Shown in pieces: positions 46,531 to 61,400 of a DNA stretch of 64,000 bases. The translations under genes and the position numbers were made by a program. The notes under the pieces are model-generated. The model was not told where the DNA came from and ran no database searches. It saw only the letters and a program-made list of their open reading frames with translations. The first letter of the stretch is position 1; each line of letters starts with the position of its first letter. This DNA is from the human T2T-CHM13v2.0 reference genome, Homo sapiens. The stretch lies in assembly GCF_009914755.1 (NCBI RefSeq), contig NC_060928.1; one strand, given 5' to 3'.

Positions 46531-46802
46531 GCACCAGTGGCAGCAGGTCTGATTAAGCAATAAGCTCTTAGGAATCCTAGAACAGTGAGAATATCTCAAA
46601 AATCAAAGCACGGAAAGGAAAGAGATAAAAGCTTGGCTTTATCTTTAAAATGCTCATCTTTTAATACTGATAGCGACTTCTTGAATTCTACGTTTCCCAT
46701 TTTTCTAGAAAGAAACCTTTGGATAAGAAAGAAAAGCAACAGAGGCCAATGGAAAAGCTCATTTCAAAGAACCCCAGGACCACCTTGGCACTCGAAGCCC
46801 AC

Positions 46803-46946
46803 CTGGATAATGACACTGTAGTTTCCCCTGGAGAAGACGGGCGCGTTGTCATTGACATCGGACACATCGATGTTCACGGTCGTCGTGTTGACTCTGGGTG
46901 GACTGCCATTATCAGAAGCTTGAACCGTGAGCGTGTAACCTGAAAT
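46803..46946 (-). CDS. FAT1: FAT1 exon 17 (144 nt)
   Basis: gaaaag|ATT..CAG|gtgggc; [17 protein letters not shown]...DVNDNAPVF...SVIIQ. Confidence 0.94.
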
Positions 46947-48061
46947 CTTTTCAGGCAAAAGACAGAATGCACGTTCATTTTCACAAGGCCGACAGAGCTC
47001 CAATGAGGAGTGTCCTCCTGAGAGTCCTGACGGGCAGGTCCCAGTGAGCTACCACTATCTGTTGCATCCTGCCTGTGAGCGATGCCCTAATCTCCTACAA
47101 ACGAGTGCATGCAAGTAATACACATTTCCCAACAGCAAGAATTACCAATAATGATTAGATTCTCTGATGCCTCTTAAATATGTACTTGTTTTGTAAAAGT
47201 CTTTTATCTTGCAGTTCTATTAACAGAAACTAAGACATAAAAGTAATACAAATGATTAGGACAAGAAGTTAACATATCTCAAATGCTGTTGCTTCGGTAA
47301 GATGGGAGCAGCCTTCCTTAGGGCCCCAAGTTTGCTCTCAGTGGAAGTAGACAGACATGAGCTGCCTCCCGCACCTTAGCGCTGACTCATTTCCAATGCC
47401 TCAGGACACTCCAGATCACCCTCCCCCTCAATTTCACACTCGGATTATACTCAGCTGTCTAAATCCCTCAGGATTAGCTTGTCAGGACCTCCCACAAAAG
47501 AAAGAAAGTCAAGTGAGATAGCTTCTTTTTCAGGGCAGTTCCCTATAAAGCTCTGTCTTCTAGAATGAGTTGTGGGAGAAGCCAGAAAGCTGGCTAGATC
47601 CCAGAGTATGTTCTACAGAACGTTAGTCCTGCAAGACGCTCCAATGAAAAAGAATTCTGCTGGCGCATTAGCTTGGGAAATACCACAGGCTAGCTCCTTT
47701 GGTATCTCACAATGGACAGAAGTGTATTAAAGGATCTGGGTTCTTTAGTCAAAGATACTAAATTTATTCTGCCCCACAGTGGGGGCAATCCTAAGCATGC
47801 TTCCCAAATCCTTAGAAAGTCCCTTCTCAACATTCACACATCAAAGGAGAAATTAAAGAATTTAATGAGGTATCTCATCACTATCTCCCCCCAAATTCCT
47901 TTAATCTTAGATACACCCATTATTCTTCTGAAATTTCATTCTTAATCATCACCAGTGTCCTTCTCATTCCCAAATCGAAGGCTTCTTTTGGTTCTCCTTC
48001 ACAGGCCTACCTCTCTGAGGTAGTTCCTGCTCAGCTTCCCTTCCTGGACATAAGTCTGCAC

Positions 48062-48558
48062 AGATGAGTGAATGGATGGATGAATGGATGGATGCATAGA
48101 TGGGTGGATGGGTAACTGGATAGATAGGTGGATGGATAAATGGGTGAATGAATAACTGTATAGATGGGTGAATGAATGGGTAAGTGGATACATGGGTGGG
48201 TGGGTGGGTGAGCAAATGGGTAACCACATAGATGGGTAGATGGATAACTAGATGGACAGGTGGGTAGGTGGATGGATGGATAACTGGATAGATGGGTGGT
48301 GGGTGGATGGACACATGACTGGATAGATGGATGGGTGGGGTGGATGGATGGGTAAGTGAATAGATATGTAGATGGGTGAGTGAATAGATAACTAGATAGA
48401 TGGGTGGGTGGACAGGTCGGTGGGTGGATGGATGGGTAGGTGAATGGGTGGGTAGGTGAGTGGGGAGATGCATGGGTGGATGGATAACTGGATGGATGAA
48501 TGGATGGATGACTGGATAAATGGGTGGATGGATACTGGATAAGTGGGTGGGTGGATGT
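48062..48558. repeat. Degenerate (TGGA)n simple repeat
   Basis: TGGA/TGGG/TAGA tetramers over ~500 bp. Confidence 0.95.
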
Positions 48559-48924
48559 TCAGCCTTGCTGCCTCTCCTTATTTGTTCATATTTATCTCAA
48601 TCCCTCATGTCACTTCTATCAACATCTCCAACGGCAAGTACCATATCTACACTTAGGGTTTTCCAGTCTCTAAATCTGACTAAAATCTCCAAATACTGGC
48701 TGAGTAATTCTGCCTGAATATGCTATTTCCCTTTAAAAACCAGCATATTGAAAACCACATTCATTAGCCTCTCCCATCCCTTACACGTTTATACCTCATA
48801 ACTTTTCTTTAATGGTACTACCCAGTCAAAGCAAGACCAAAAAATCAGGCTGCCTCTGACACCAATGCTTTCTACACGGAGCCATATCTAAGCTTTGTGG
48901 ATTCTAATTTTTCCTTTGCAAATA

Positions 48925-49360
48925 GTTTCTTCATTTGGTATTCATAGACACCAAAATCCACTGGTGCTCAAGTCCTTGATATAAAATGGTGTAGTATTTG
49001 CATATAACCTATACACATCCTCCCAAACACTTTAAGTCATCTCTAGATTATAGTACCTAATACAGTATCAATGCAATGTAAATGGTTGTTATACTGCGGG
49101 TCGGGGTTGTATTTTTTTTGTTGTTGTATTGTTATTTTTTATTGTTTTTCTTTCTTTTTCTGGAGGCAGGGTCTCACTATGTTGCCCAGGCTGGTCTTCA
49201 ACTCCTGGGCTCAGTGAATTCTCCCACCTATGCCTCCCATGTAGCTGAGACTATCGGAGGAGGCCACCACACCCGACATTTTTTCTTTTCTAATACTTTT
49301 CGATCCATGTTGAGTTGACTTCACGAATGCAGAATCTGCAGATAGAGGGGAGCAACTGAC
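48925..49360. mobile_element. MER2 (TcMar-Tigger) with internal Alu piece (~49145-49280)
   Basis: ccaaaatccac..tgctcaagtccttgatataaaatggtgtagtatttgcatataaccta. Confidence 0.78.
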
Positions 49361-49915
49361 CTTCCTCAGCTCACAAATGCTCATACCCTAGTGCCTGAGG
49401 CATCAGGTCCAAACCTCTGGTCCTGGTTTTCTATGTGGCCAATAACCTGTGTGTAAAATACCTTCCTATTTTATCTCACTCTGCTTTCTTCTTATGATTA
49501 CTCCAATACAACTGGGTAAAGTCCCCTAAATATATTTCTTGGCTTCTATCTGCATGCCTGTGTCCATGCAATTCCTCGCTGGAAATTCCCTTCTCTCAAC
49601 CTCTATGATTTTCCAAACCTCTGCTATTATTTAAAACCCAGCTTCTAGCTTTAGGAAGTGTCTCAGAACACTGGAACCAACAGTAATTCCTTCCTGAATG
49701 CAAAGCTTTATTATCCAAACTTTATCCTAGCATGGAACACATTTCTCACATTGAGATCTTCATAGTGTCATTGCTTTTCGAGTGTTTACATGTTGCCGTC
49801 AGTTCTTGAGGCGGTCAGTCCTGCTCACACCACGCCCAGCAGACAAGAGCACAAGGCATTTCTAGTTATTGATGTGGTGATTTGTAAACAATGTAAATCA
49901 ACCTTTTTCACTTAC

Positions 49916-50748
<833 letters not shown>

Positions 50749-51299
50749 CTGAATAGAAATCAAAATTACTTCCAGCATTCTGCAATGCCACCACATTTTC
50801 CCACTATGACTGAAATAGATGAATGCTTTTGAGTACATTTAGTTTTCACTTCAAAAGTTTACTTACCATTTACGTATGTTTCCTATTTTCTTAATTCAAC
50901 AATTAAAAACTATGAATCTGCCCATCCCTGGATCTTTATTTCTCTTAATTTTCATGATATTCTTCATGATATTTAAATTGCTTTTCCAGTCAACACCACC
51001 TACATCCCTGCTTATTATAAACATGATGATTGTATCATCCCTTCCATACCATAGCTCACTCGACTTCACTCTAATTTAATCAACAAAATAAAAACGTAAA
51101 AATTCTATTGTGTCTTTCGGTTTCATTTTTTGTCTCATCTTTTTAAAATATTTTCCTTCTCATATTTTTAAAATGGAGATTTATATCCTTTTAACTTCTA
51201 GATAACCCTTTATTTACATCCTCTCATTTTTAAAAATCCCTTTTTAAACAATTCCTTTTAACATCTTTCACATCATTCTAGTCCTAAAGAGCCCTAAAA

Positions 51300-51472
51300 A
51301 TAATTTTATTATAAATATAAATTATATAAATATAAATTTATATAAATTATATAAATATAAATTATATAATTTATATAATTTATATAAATATAAATTATAT
51401 AATTTATATAAATATAAATTTATATAATTTATATAAATATAAATTTATATAATTTATATAAATATAAATTTG
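51300..51472. repeat. Pure AT minisatellite (TATAAAT-type units)
   Basis: ~170 bp without G or C. Confidence 0.95.
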
Positions 51473-52094
51473 AATGGAGCAACTTTCTACACTGTTTTAA
51501 GACTTAGGACTATTTTAGGCCACAGGTTAGCAAGATGATGAAGCATTCACGCAGCAGGAGTCAGCAGTTCCTATGCCTTTTGAGCTTGTTGGCGGTCTTT
51601 CCCTAACTGTGATTCAAAGTACTCCAACTGTTATAGACAACTAGCATGATAACGAAGTCAACTTAATATATTATCAGAAGCCCACTACAGAAACTAAAAT
51701 AAAAAAGACTGGAATTACTATTTCACTTGGGAAGTTACCATCCATGAGTCTGATTACATAAGGACCTCTACTATCCCCTATTCTTATCTTTACTAACTTG
51801 CTATACCTTACATCTCAACTAAACTAATAGAACATGCTGCTTTGATTTTCTATTTTAAGTTAATTTGCTTGTATTTTATAATGAACATGCCCAAAATGTA
51901 TTAAGTAGAACTATAATCTGAAGCCTTCCAAACAACATTCAATCCCACTGTAAATAACTAAAAGAAAACTTGATTTGCCTTTTTTAGAACATCTACTGAC
52001 AACACAGGGTCACTTAATACAAGGCAACGTGGTTAAGCAAATCTAGTTTTCTTGGTGGAATGAAGGGTTTCCTCTCAGATACATGGTAGGTTAC

Positions 52095-52484
52095 CTGTTT
52101 TAGAATCTATGCTGAATTTCCCATGTTCATTTCCACTTATTATTGAGTAGGTGATTTCTGCATTTGCTTCAATATCCCGACTTGCTGCATACACTTGAAG
52201 AACTTCAGTTCCAACAAGAATGTCCTCAGACACGGTGGCACCATATTCACGGTACTCAAACACAGGGGGGTTGTCATTTATGTCAAGAACTGATACAATC
52301 ACAGTGCCAGTGGCAGTCAGCCTCCTTGGCAAGCCTTGATCCACAGCTTTCAAAGAGAGGGTGTATACTGCCTGGAGTTCTCTGTCCAAAGGTTTTTCTA
52401 ACTGAATAATTCCAGATAATTCGTTAATGGAGAACTGCCCATCAGCAGAGTCAATCAGTGAGTATAAAATCTTCCGATTTAATC
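52095..52484 (-). CDS. FAT1: FAT1 exon 14 (390 nt)
   Basis: tcatag|GA..CAG|gtaacc; LNRKILYSL...PLDRE...DINDNPP...SIDSKT. Confidence 0.96.
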
Positions 52485-52523
52485 CTATGAAGACATAAAA
52501 ACATGTCAAAAGATTTTAAATAA

Positions 52524-52817
<294 letters not shown>

Positions 52818-53113
52818 AACGCTTTTTTTTTTTTTTTTAAAAACCAAACAAAATTTTTTTAGAAGGGTAAACGCTAATATACATTATTCGCAAATTTGTA
52901 TGACTATGACCTTTAAAAGGTAAACAACTTACTCTGTTAAAACAAATGTAAATATAATTTCATGGGAATCTGGCTTCTTAGACTATTTCGTATAGGAGCC
53001 AATAATACAGTACCTAACAAACCTTTACAAATCACATCTGTTTATCATTGAGCTTTGGTGACAAAGATCTGAAAAGCAACACTTTTGCTATTCTTCTGAA
53101 ACTTCTCAGAATC

Positions 53114-53360
53114 ACAGCATGAGTATCCCTAAACTGAAAATCTGAAATTTGAAATGCTCCAAAATCTATTAACTTTATGAGTGCAGAACCGATGCTTTAA
53201 AAAAAAATGCTCATTGGAGCATTTCGGATTTCAGATTTTTGGAGTTGGGATACTCAACTGATAAGTACATAATGCAAATATTCCAAAATCTGAAAAATAT
53301 CCAAAAATCCAAAAATACTTCTAGTTCCAACTATAATAAATAAGGAATACTCAACCTGTG
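53114..53360. mobile_element. Tigger4/MER46-like DNA transposon
   Basis: tgagtatccct..gaaatgctccaaaatc..gctcattggagcatttcggatttcaga..aaggaatactcaacctgt with terminal inverted repeats. Confidence 0.78.
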
Positions 53361-53817
53361 GTATGACTGAAGAAGTTATTCTCTGCTATCAAATGCTACA
53401 AATATACATTCTATAGTCCAATTTTCTCTAAAAAAATTTTGAAAGGTTTGTAAACCTATCATAAAGCATTTGCTTCCATTATGTTGCAATGAGGCTAAAA
53501 GCTCTCTCTGTCCTCAATGGTTTATTGACAAAATAACACATCACTGATTAATTCAATGGGATGTGAAGATCAGTTAATATTCAGTAACCAGAATTTTAGA
53601 GACCTCACAGCAGTAGGTTCACTGGGCACAACTTTGGAACTTTAAATATTCATTAAAAATTAATTAATTATTCTAAAGATTTCCTTCCACAAGGAAGGGC
53701 TATGGAACATGCATGAGGTGGAGTGAGTGGCACAGGCTGAATCTGGGGTGTGTTTTGAAACAGAGGCTCCTAGGATCTCAGTGAGCAGCGTCAGGCAAGA
53801 GCATTCCCGGGAGATAC

Positions 53818-54051
53818 CTGCGTCGGCATCTGTGGCCTGCACTCTTGTCAGCAGCGTTCCCGGCTCTGTGTTTTCAAACACGGTGATGGCATAAGGATCG
53901 GCAGAGAATTCGGGGGCGTTATCGTTCACATCTTCTAGCGTGAGCACAATACTGGCTTGGCAGAATCTTCCTCCTCCATCTGTGGCCCTGACGAGAAGAT
54001 GATAAACAGCTTGCTCCTCACGATCAAGGGGGGTTGACGTTTTCAGTTCAC
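53818..54051 (-). CDS. FAT1: FAT1 exon 13 (234 nt)
   Basis: ttgtag|GT..CAG|gtatct; [13 protein letters not shown]...DVNDNAPEF...ATDADA. Confidence 0.96.
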
Positions 54052-54899
54052 CTACAAACAAAAACAAATGGACTCACTTGTAATTTAAGACGTGACTTGC
54101 AGTTGTACATCTTATTTCCTCCCCTTTTGTCTTTCAATTACTTAGTCTGAGTATTCACAGCCTTCCTCTTGAGACCAGTATTATCAATGACAGATTCAAC
54201 AGCTGCAAGAGGCAGTGAGCTCCAGGTCTCCAACCCTGCCAGGGGCTAGCTCTTTAAGTCCTGCAGGTCTGAGGCCAGGGCCTCTCACCTTGTGTATAAG
54301 ATTGCACAGGTGAAACAGCTACCAAATTTACCAAAATTTAAAAAATGTTTAAATTGACTCAAAAATTAGATTCACATGTTCACAATTAGTTCTTTAGGAA
54401 GAAAATAAAAAGGCTTAACAGGAAACTTAGTTGATCCCAATTTTACCAAAATACAAAAGGAAAACAACTCTATTTTAAAATAAATAAAATCCCATAAATC
54501 ATTTTGTTTATGAAAATTCTAAATTATGCTAAGTTATAAATTTATGGTCACCAATTCAAGAAAATATGCTATTTAAATAAAATGGATAAAAAGCAGAAAG
54601 CTTGAGTTATATTTTAATTTCTGAGGGTTGTTTTTTTTAAACAAGTGGTATAAACGCCTTCTAAATTTTAAATCCTTTTTTCAATTAGGTGATATTCTTG
54701 CTGTTTTTTAAAAAATCTCACCTTGAATTTTACGCACTAAATTGCTGGTAAGATTTCTAAGAGATGTCAACTTCGGAGCATCAGAATACATTTGAAAAGG
54801 GCAAAATGTAATTTCAAATTTTGTGTGTGATCTAAAATCACCCACATATATGATACTGTTGGAATATACAATTTATTTTGTCCCAAACTCCATCATTAC

Positions 54900-55053
54900 C
54901 TGTGTCTGGATTTAGTTTGAATTTTTCTGCACCTGAACCCAATAACGTGTAAGTAATTTCAGCGTTAGAGCGGATGTCTGCGTCTGTAGCAGAGATCTGC
55001 ATGATCAATTTTCCAGGAAGGACGTCTTCAGGAATAGTGTCTGAATATAAAGT
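54900..55053 (-). CDS. FAT1: FAT1 exon 12 (154 nt)
   Basis: ttgcag|ACT..CAG|gtaatg; TLYSDTIPEDVLPG...LNPDT. Confidence 0.96.
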
Positions 55054-55984
55054 CTGCAAAGAGTTTAAACAAAAACGTTACATAAAAGCATTAACAGGCA
55101 GCACAAACATCAAGGGAATAATGGAAAAGAAATCATTCATCTTTGACCACAGAAAACATGGGAAATGACTAAAGATAAAATCCCAAGAGCTTTGAAAACG
55201 ATTTTTCTCATAAAACATAAAACACATGTGAAACAAGGAGGAGCCGTGGAGCAGCCACCAGCTCCACATCCCTGAAAGAGCCTGGCCTGACATTTAACCT
55301 ACAAAATGCTATTATATGTTATTAAGCTGATTTCATATTCAAATCCTTATGAGAAAACGTAAGTACTAATCAAAAATGTAAGTAGTGCTCCGTATTTACC
55401 TAAAAACTGCAGAGAATAAATATCTGTCGTATCATATCTGCTCATTTCCAAATACAGGAATTTATTTTTTGCAAATGTTCCTAACATAAATAACTGCAGT
55501 TGAGAGAGAAGCAAGTTTCATGTTATGGGAGAAAACGAAGATTCTCGAAGGCCACAGAAGGGACTCTGATGAAGGCTGAGGCCCTTCTACTGCCCTGCGT
55601 GATCCTGGTGCCCTCTCTCCTCACATCTGCCCTCATGCTCAAACACGGTGAACACTTGTTTCCAGTTCCAATTATTTAGAAATCCATGCCATAAATTAAA
55701 ACCTAAGACAAAAAGATTAAGATTCTGTTGATTTTCTTAATCTGAACTCAACTACCAGTGAAGTACTCACGGAAAAGTACTCCATGAAAAAGGACTCAGG
55801 AAAAAGGGTATTTCATAATAGGATGAATTTAAAGGATCTAGTGTCCCAGTCTTATTCCTGAAGATGATAGAGTATTGTACTGAAATAATATCAAAGGGCT
55901 AAAAAACAACCAAAGACAGTTGCTGTAAGAGAGAGAGAATGTCGCACCCCTTCTGAAAATATAAAGTACAAATAAGAACTGGAA

Positions 55985-57050
55985 TTAACTCCTCATCCCT
56001 CAGAAGTTCCCCTTCCCCTCATGACTGAATATAAGGGTTCTTCCATCTTAAGTCTTTCCCTGAGAACAGCCCTATCACTTTCCACAGCCACAAGCATCTC
56101 AGACTCACAGAACCTGTGGTGGGTTCCAACTCCTCCATCCTCTTCACAATCACATTCCTCTCTACCCAGCCTTCTCCTGGCCCAGCACATTCCTCCTCCC
56201 TGTCACTCTCAGCCTTCTTCCCTGGGCAGGTCTATTTCTTCATCACTTCACTCTCTGATCTGCCATCAGGCATCCATCCACGTCCTGCTACCAAGACCGC
56301 CACCTACACAGCATCACGGGACCCAAATGGTCTGTTTCGCATCCCAAACATCCCAGCTCCACTCGCCACCCTGCCTCCCCAAAGTCCTCTTCTCCCCAAC
56401 CCAGGTTGGCACTGCACTGGTGTCCTCCTCTTCCTTCCAGCTCAGCTCCCTTCTCCCTTTGGAAATAGCTCTCTCTTCTTTTTCCCTTTTGTTAGTATCC
56501 TCTCAAATGAAGTCAATTTTCAGCTATCCAGAGACAACGCCAAGTTTCCACACCTTTCCCTAATACCCATCCAACATCTCGCCATCTCTCAATGTCTAAA
56601 AAACATGGTCAACTGTATGTCTCATTACTTTAGCAAACTGGAATTGGAACTCAACACGGAACTCCTCTAAAACCAGCCCCCGGCTCAGACTCCTCTTTGC
56701 CACGGCCTTGGTCGCTCCCCCTACTCATGTAGAAAGTCGGGCTCGATGGCATGCTGGCTGGCTGTCACACCAGATGGTCTTCCTCGGTGGTGGCTTTGGT
56801 CCTTTCACTCCTTCCCCACCTCTGCCTTTCCAGGGCCCCCTTGCATCCACTCCTCCCTGTCTAAATAATGGGCACGATGCTTCCAAACTAAGCTTAAGAA
56901 CTCGTCTCATGTCATCTCTACCTTACCGATATAAAAGGCTCCAAAGTCCCTATTTTCTCTAGGATCGAGTTCAAATCCCTTGGAACGACCGCCACTGCCC
57001 ACTGTAATCCAGTTCACCCTTTTCCAAGACTCTCAGTGCAGACTCCCCAC
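55985..57050 (+). mobile_element. Degraded L2
   Basis: pyrimidine-rich; atccaacatctcgccatctctcaatgtctaaaaacat..aacacggaactcct L2-like motifs. Confidence 0.5.
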
Positions 57051-57713
57051 TTCTGGCAAACTCAGTGGCTACTCCCACAATCCCTCCTCACACTCCATGG
57101 CCCCTCCCCACCCACTCCTGACGACCCACTTACTGCCCCCCGAAGCTGAGCCAGCCCTTTCTCTGGGCAGCCCTTCTCACCCTCTGGCCCCAGGGACCAC
57201 CCCTGCTCGAGCCACATGCCCTCATCTAACCTTGGAGGGAGCAGCCCTTCCTACGTCTACTTTTAGTTCCCACTGAATGGTGAGCCGCGCAGATGCAGGA
57301 AGCACGCTGTCCACCTCTGAGCTTCTCCAGCGTGCAGAAGAGCAGATGCCCCCAAAACAGTGTCTCACGGCACGTCGGCACTTTGTTTCCCGTCAGATCC
57401 TTCCCCCAAAACAGCTGTATCCCCATATTAAGAGAATCCCCTCATGAAAAGGTTACAGAGCATTTTCAGTGTTGGATGCAACTGGAGTCCTGTCCGTAAT
57501 TTAGTTTTCTAGAATGAGGCTTTTGATTTATTGAGCATTCCCGCAAATAGTTCTGAAGCTTTTCCAAGTCTTACCCCATTTAACACCTCTGCTTAATCAG
57601 TAAGTGATCATAAAACACATGTGAATTACACCACAGCGCCAAATGATGGTCCCATTGAAAGAATTAAGAAATTGAAATTCATAACACACAAATGTAAGGG
57701 AAGAGCTGCTTAC

Positions 57714-57910
57714 CTTTTCACAAACTGGACTGTTGTCATTTGCATCCAGAACTTTCACTTCAACTATCGCTTTTGATGAGAAGGTGCCATCAGTTGCCGT
57801 GATAGTAAGAAGGTAATTGTCCCTTTTTTCCCTGTCTAGAGGTTTCTTCACATATACCTTCCATTCATTCTGTATAGTTTCAACGGCAAACTGTCCTAAA
57901 GGATCCCCTC
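57714..57910 (-). CDS. FAT1: FAT1 exon 11 (197 nt), cadherin repeat
   Basis: taatag|GAGGGGAT..AAG|gtaagc; GDPLGQFAVE...KKPLDREKRD...DANDNSPVCEK. Confidence 0.96.
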
Positions 57911-58416
57911 CTATTAAATCAATGGAGGAAGATAATAATCAAATTTGTTGAAAGGATAAAAATAAGTAACAGAAAAAATAAACTGTACAAAAGATGTATA
58001 ATGTTATAGTTTAAAAGAATTGAGTATTAAAAGAATTAATTTGGCATATATTAGCCTTCCAATTTACAAAAACAAGGGCAGCATTAAAATGCATAAACAT
58101 AGCATTAAGACTACTAATCATTTAGCCTGCATTAAAACTATAGATGTTTTTAATTATATTTATTATACACTAAGTATAAGGTTCAAAAGAATGAGTCACA
58201 AAAATCAAAAACAGTCTAATGAAACAACTGGTAGCTTTGCTCAGGTAACAAGCTTGAAATGAGGCTCAACAGATGTTATTTCTACGTATTATTTTAGATA
58301 TTTTTAACTAAAATCATCCCTTAAATCCCCAATTTCCATACAATACAGATCTTATACTTTATGCTTCTAAAAATCATTTTAAATTAATTAAACCGTTTGG
58401 TATGAATTTTTTTTAC

Positions 58417-61400
58417 CTGTTATGAAATATGTAACTTGTCTGTTGATCTCTTCAGAATCAGCATCCGTGGTACTTAAGATGGCAATCACCCCACCTTGGG
58501 GGTCATCCTCACTCACAGTCCCTTTATAGATCTCGGCCGTGAATCGTGGTGGACTATCGTTGACATCGGTGACGGTAACATCCACAATGGCTGTGGAGGA
58601 TAGCTGGATCTTTTCACCATGATCTGATGCAACCACTTTAATCTGGTAATTGTCTCTCTTTTCATGGTCAAGTTCCTTTAAAGTTGTAATCCAGCCTGTT
58701 TCCATGTTAATGGCAAAGGATTCAATGACTTCCACACTTTGTGACTGATCCAGGCTATACATAACTTGGCCGTTGGTTCCTGAGTCAGCATCAGATGCCC
58801 TGATCTGAATTACTCTACTTCCCCCTGGCAGGTTTTCAACAATGAATGCCTCATATGGACTAGATTCAAAGACCGGGCTGTTGTCATTTGCATCTTTCAC
58901 TTGGATACTAACATCTACAGAAGCCACCATCTCATGGTCATCTTGAGTGCACCTGGCCAGTATGGAAAACTGATACCACTTAGTTGTCTCATGATCAAGA
59001 CTCTTCTCCAACTTCAGTCTCCCGCTCTGTCTGTCAATCACAAAGGACTCATCCCTATTGCTTTCTGGAGTATTCCCTTTGACCAGGCTGTAAAGAACAG
59101 TCCCACTATGTTCTGCTCGGATGAGATCTATCTCTGTTCCAATAGGCACGTCCTCTGACACTGTAAAGGTATAGAAAGGTTCTGAAAATTTTGGAAGCTG
59201 CATTTCCGGTGGAAGGATTTTAACATAGACAAGAACAACAGATTCTTTTGATGGAGACCCATTATCCACAGCTCTAACAAAGAAAGTGAAGAATTCATTT
59301 TCCAAGCCAATGAGGCTCTCCTTTGTAGTGATTACGCCGGACAGTTTGTTAATTTCCAAATTCTCTTTTACACTTTCAGAGTCTGCTTCAATGGCATAGG
59401 TGATGTCGGCATTGGAGCCCTCATCGGCATCACTTGCAAGAACTTTAACGACTGAAGTCCCTTTAGCAGCACTGGACCCGATATTCACTTCGTATTTGGT
59501 TGCTCGAAATTGTGGTGCATTGTCATTGTCATCTGTAAGGATGACATTCACGGTGCAGAAAGCAACTTTTCCTCCAGCATCCTTAGCCATTAAACGGACT
59601 GAGATCACTTTCTCCGCCGGGGTTTCTCGATCAAGTTTTTCCAAAGTAAATATCTGTCCTCTCTCATTTATGTAAAATCTGTCTTTGGCAAAGTCATTTA
59701 CAATATGGTAAGTAACGTGACCATAAATACCAGAATCCCCATCCGTAGTTTTCACCTCCATCACCAGGGTATGTAGGGGAGCGTTTTCAGCTAGTTCCAC
59801 TTCATATTCGTTCTGAAGGAAAGCAGGACTGTGCAAATTGCCTCCAATTACAGTTACATGAACCTGGGTGGAACTTCTAAAAACTCCATCAGACACTGAC
59901 AGGTTAAGACTGTAAAATGGCTTCAGGGCGTGCCGGTGCAGGTTTGAGAGGGTGATAATCCCTGTTGCACTGTCAATGACAAAATGTTTATGATCATTGC
60001 CAGACAGAATGGAATACTGCAACTTGTCTATGTCTGAACTGTCTGCATCATAGGCTTTTACACAGGTCACGAAATGCCCATGAGGGGCGTGCTCGCTAAT
60101 TCTGGCTTCATAAATCTGTTGTTCAAAGAGTGGTGGATTATCATTGAGGTCGGTAACGTCCACCGTGACAATCACATCACTGCTCAGCGTGGGCATACCA
60201 CCATCAACTGCCCTCACAAAAATCGTGTGCTGCCGGGACTGCTCGTAATCCAGGGTTCTGAGTAGTGAGATGAGGCCAGTGCTGCTGTCTACATGAAAAT
60301 GATCATGACTCTTGCTGTGATTCCCAAACATCTGGTATGAGATTCCTCTATTTGGTTCTGAATCAGAATCGGTGGCTCTAACTTGAACAACAGACGTTCC
60401 AATTACAGATGCCTCAGACAGGGTCACCGCATAAGACTGCTGAGCAAACACAGGAGGGTTATCATTGATGTCGTCTACTATGATGTCCACAAATACTTCA
60501 GCATGAGCGCCCGTCAAGGAGTCAGTTGCGCGTATGCTCAGCTTATATGCCGGGTGGGCCTCAAAGTCCAGAGGAGCTATGACATTGATAACTCCAGTAT
60601 TGAAGTTAATAGTGAACTGGCTGAAAGGGTCTCCGTCTGTGATGCTGTAGAACACTTTCAGGCCTTCCGGGCTGTTAGCCTGCACGTGGACCACAGGGCT
60701 GTGCACCTGGATGCTCTCTGCAATCTCTGCACTGTAGAAAGGTTTTTCAAACACAGGCATGGCTTTATTCATGACAGTGATCGGAACGATAACTTCCGCT
60801 GAAAAGGCCGGGTTCCCTCCATCTTTTGCAACCACTGTAACAAGATATTCTTTATTTAAGGTGTCAAGCTCAAATTGCTTTTTCAGTGAAATTTCACCCA
60901 AGGGTCCAATTTGAAAGTGTTCATGATGTTCCTTGAGGTAGTAATGCACTTCCCCGTTTCTGCCACTGTCTCTGTCTACAGCAGTGACATAGCGAATGAC
61001 ATGGCCCACCTCAGTGTCCACTTTAACAACGGCGTAGTAGGGAAGGTTGACAAACACCGGCGCATTATCATTTTGGTCTTCTACAATGACCTTCACGACA
61101 ACGTGGGCCACTGCAGAAGGCTTATGTTCCTCTGTCACTTCTACAACCACATCAAACGCCTCCTGCTGCTCACGATCGAAGGGCGTGCCAGTGGTTGACA
61201 GAACTCCTGAAGTGCGGCTTATTTTAAATCTGCGATCTGGGTTGAGGATGTGATAAAACAAAGGCTCATTGATTGGATTCCCAATAGCAGTAATGACAGC
61301 TAATGTTTCGGCCTCGGTGGAATTCTCTTTCACTACCGCAGAGTAGACATCCTGGGTAAACTTTAGGTGACTTTCTTTGCTTTCTTTCACATTAATTTTG

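Noticed and set aside
45357-46599. Long ORFs (382, 217, 163, 122 aa) on both strands
   Set aside because: Stop-poor translations of the GA-rich tract plus an Alu; low complexity and intronic
47964-48473. 169-aa His/Pro-rich ORF
   Set aside because: Translation of the (TCCA)n simple repeat
56021-56670. 180- and 184-aa Ser/Pro-rich plus-strand ORFs
   Set aside because: Pyrimidine-rich, L2-like intronic sequence; composition explains the lack of stops
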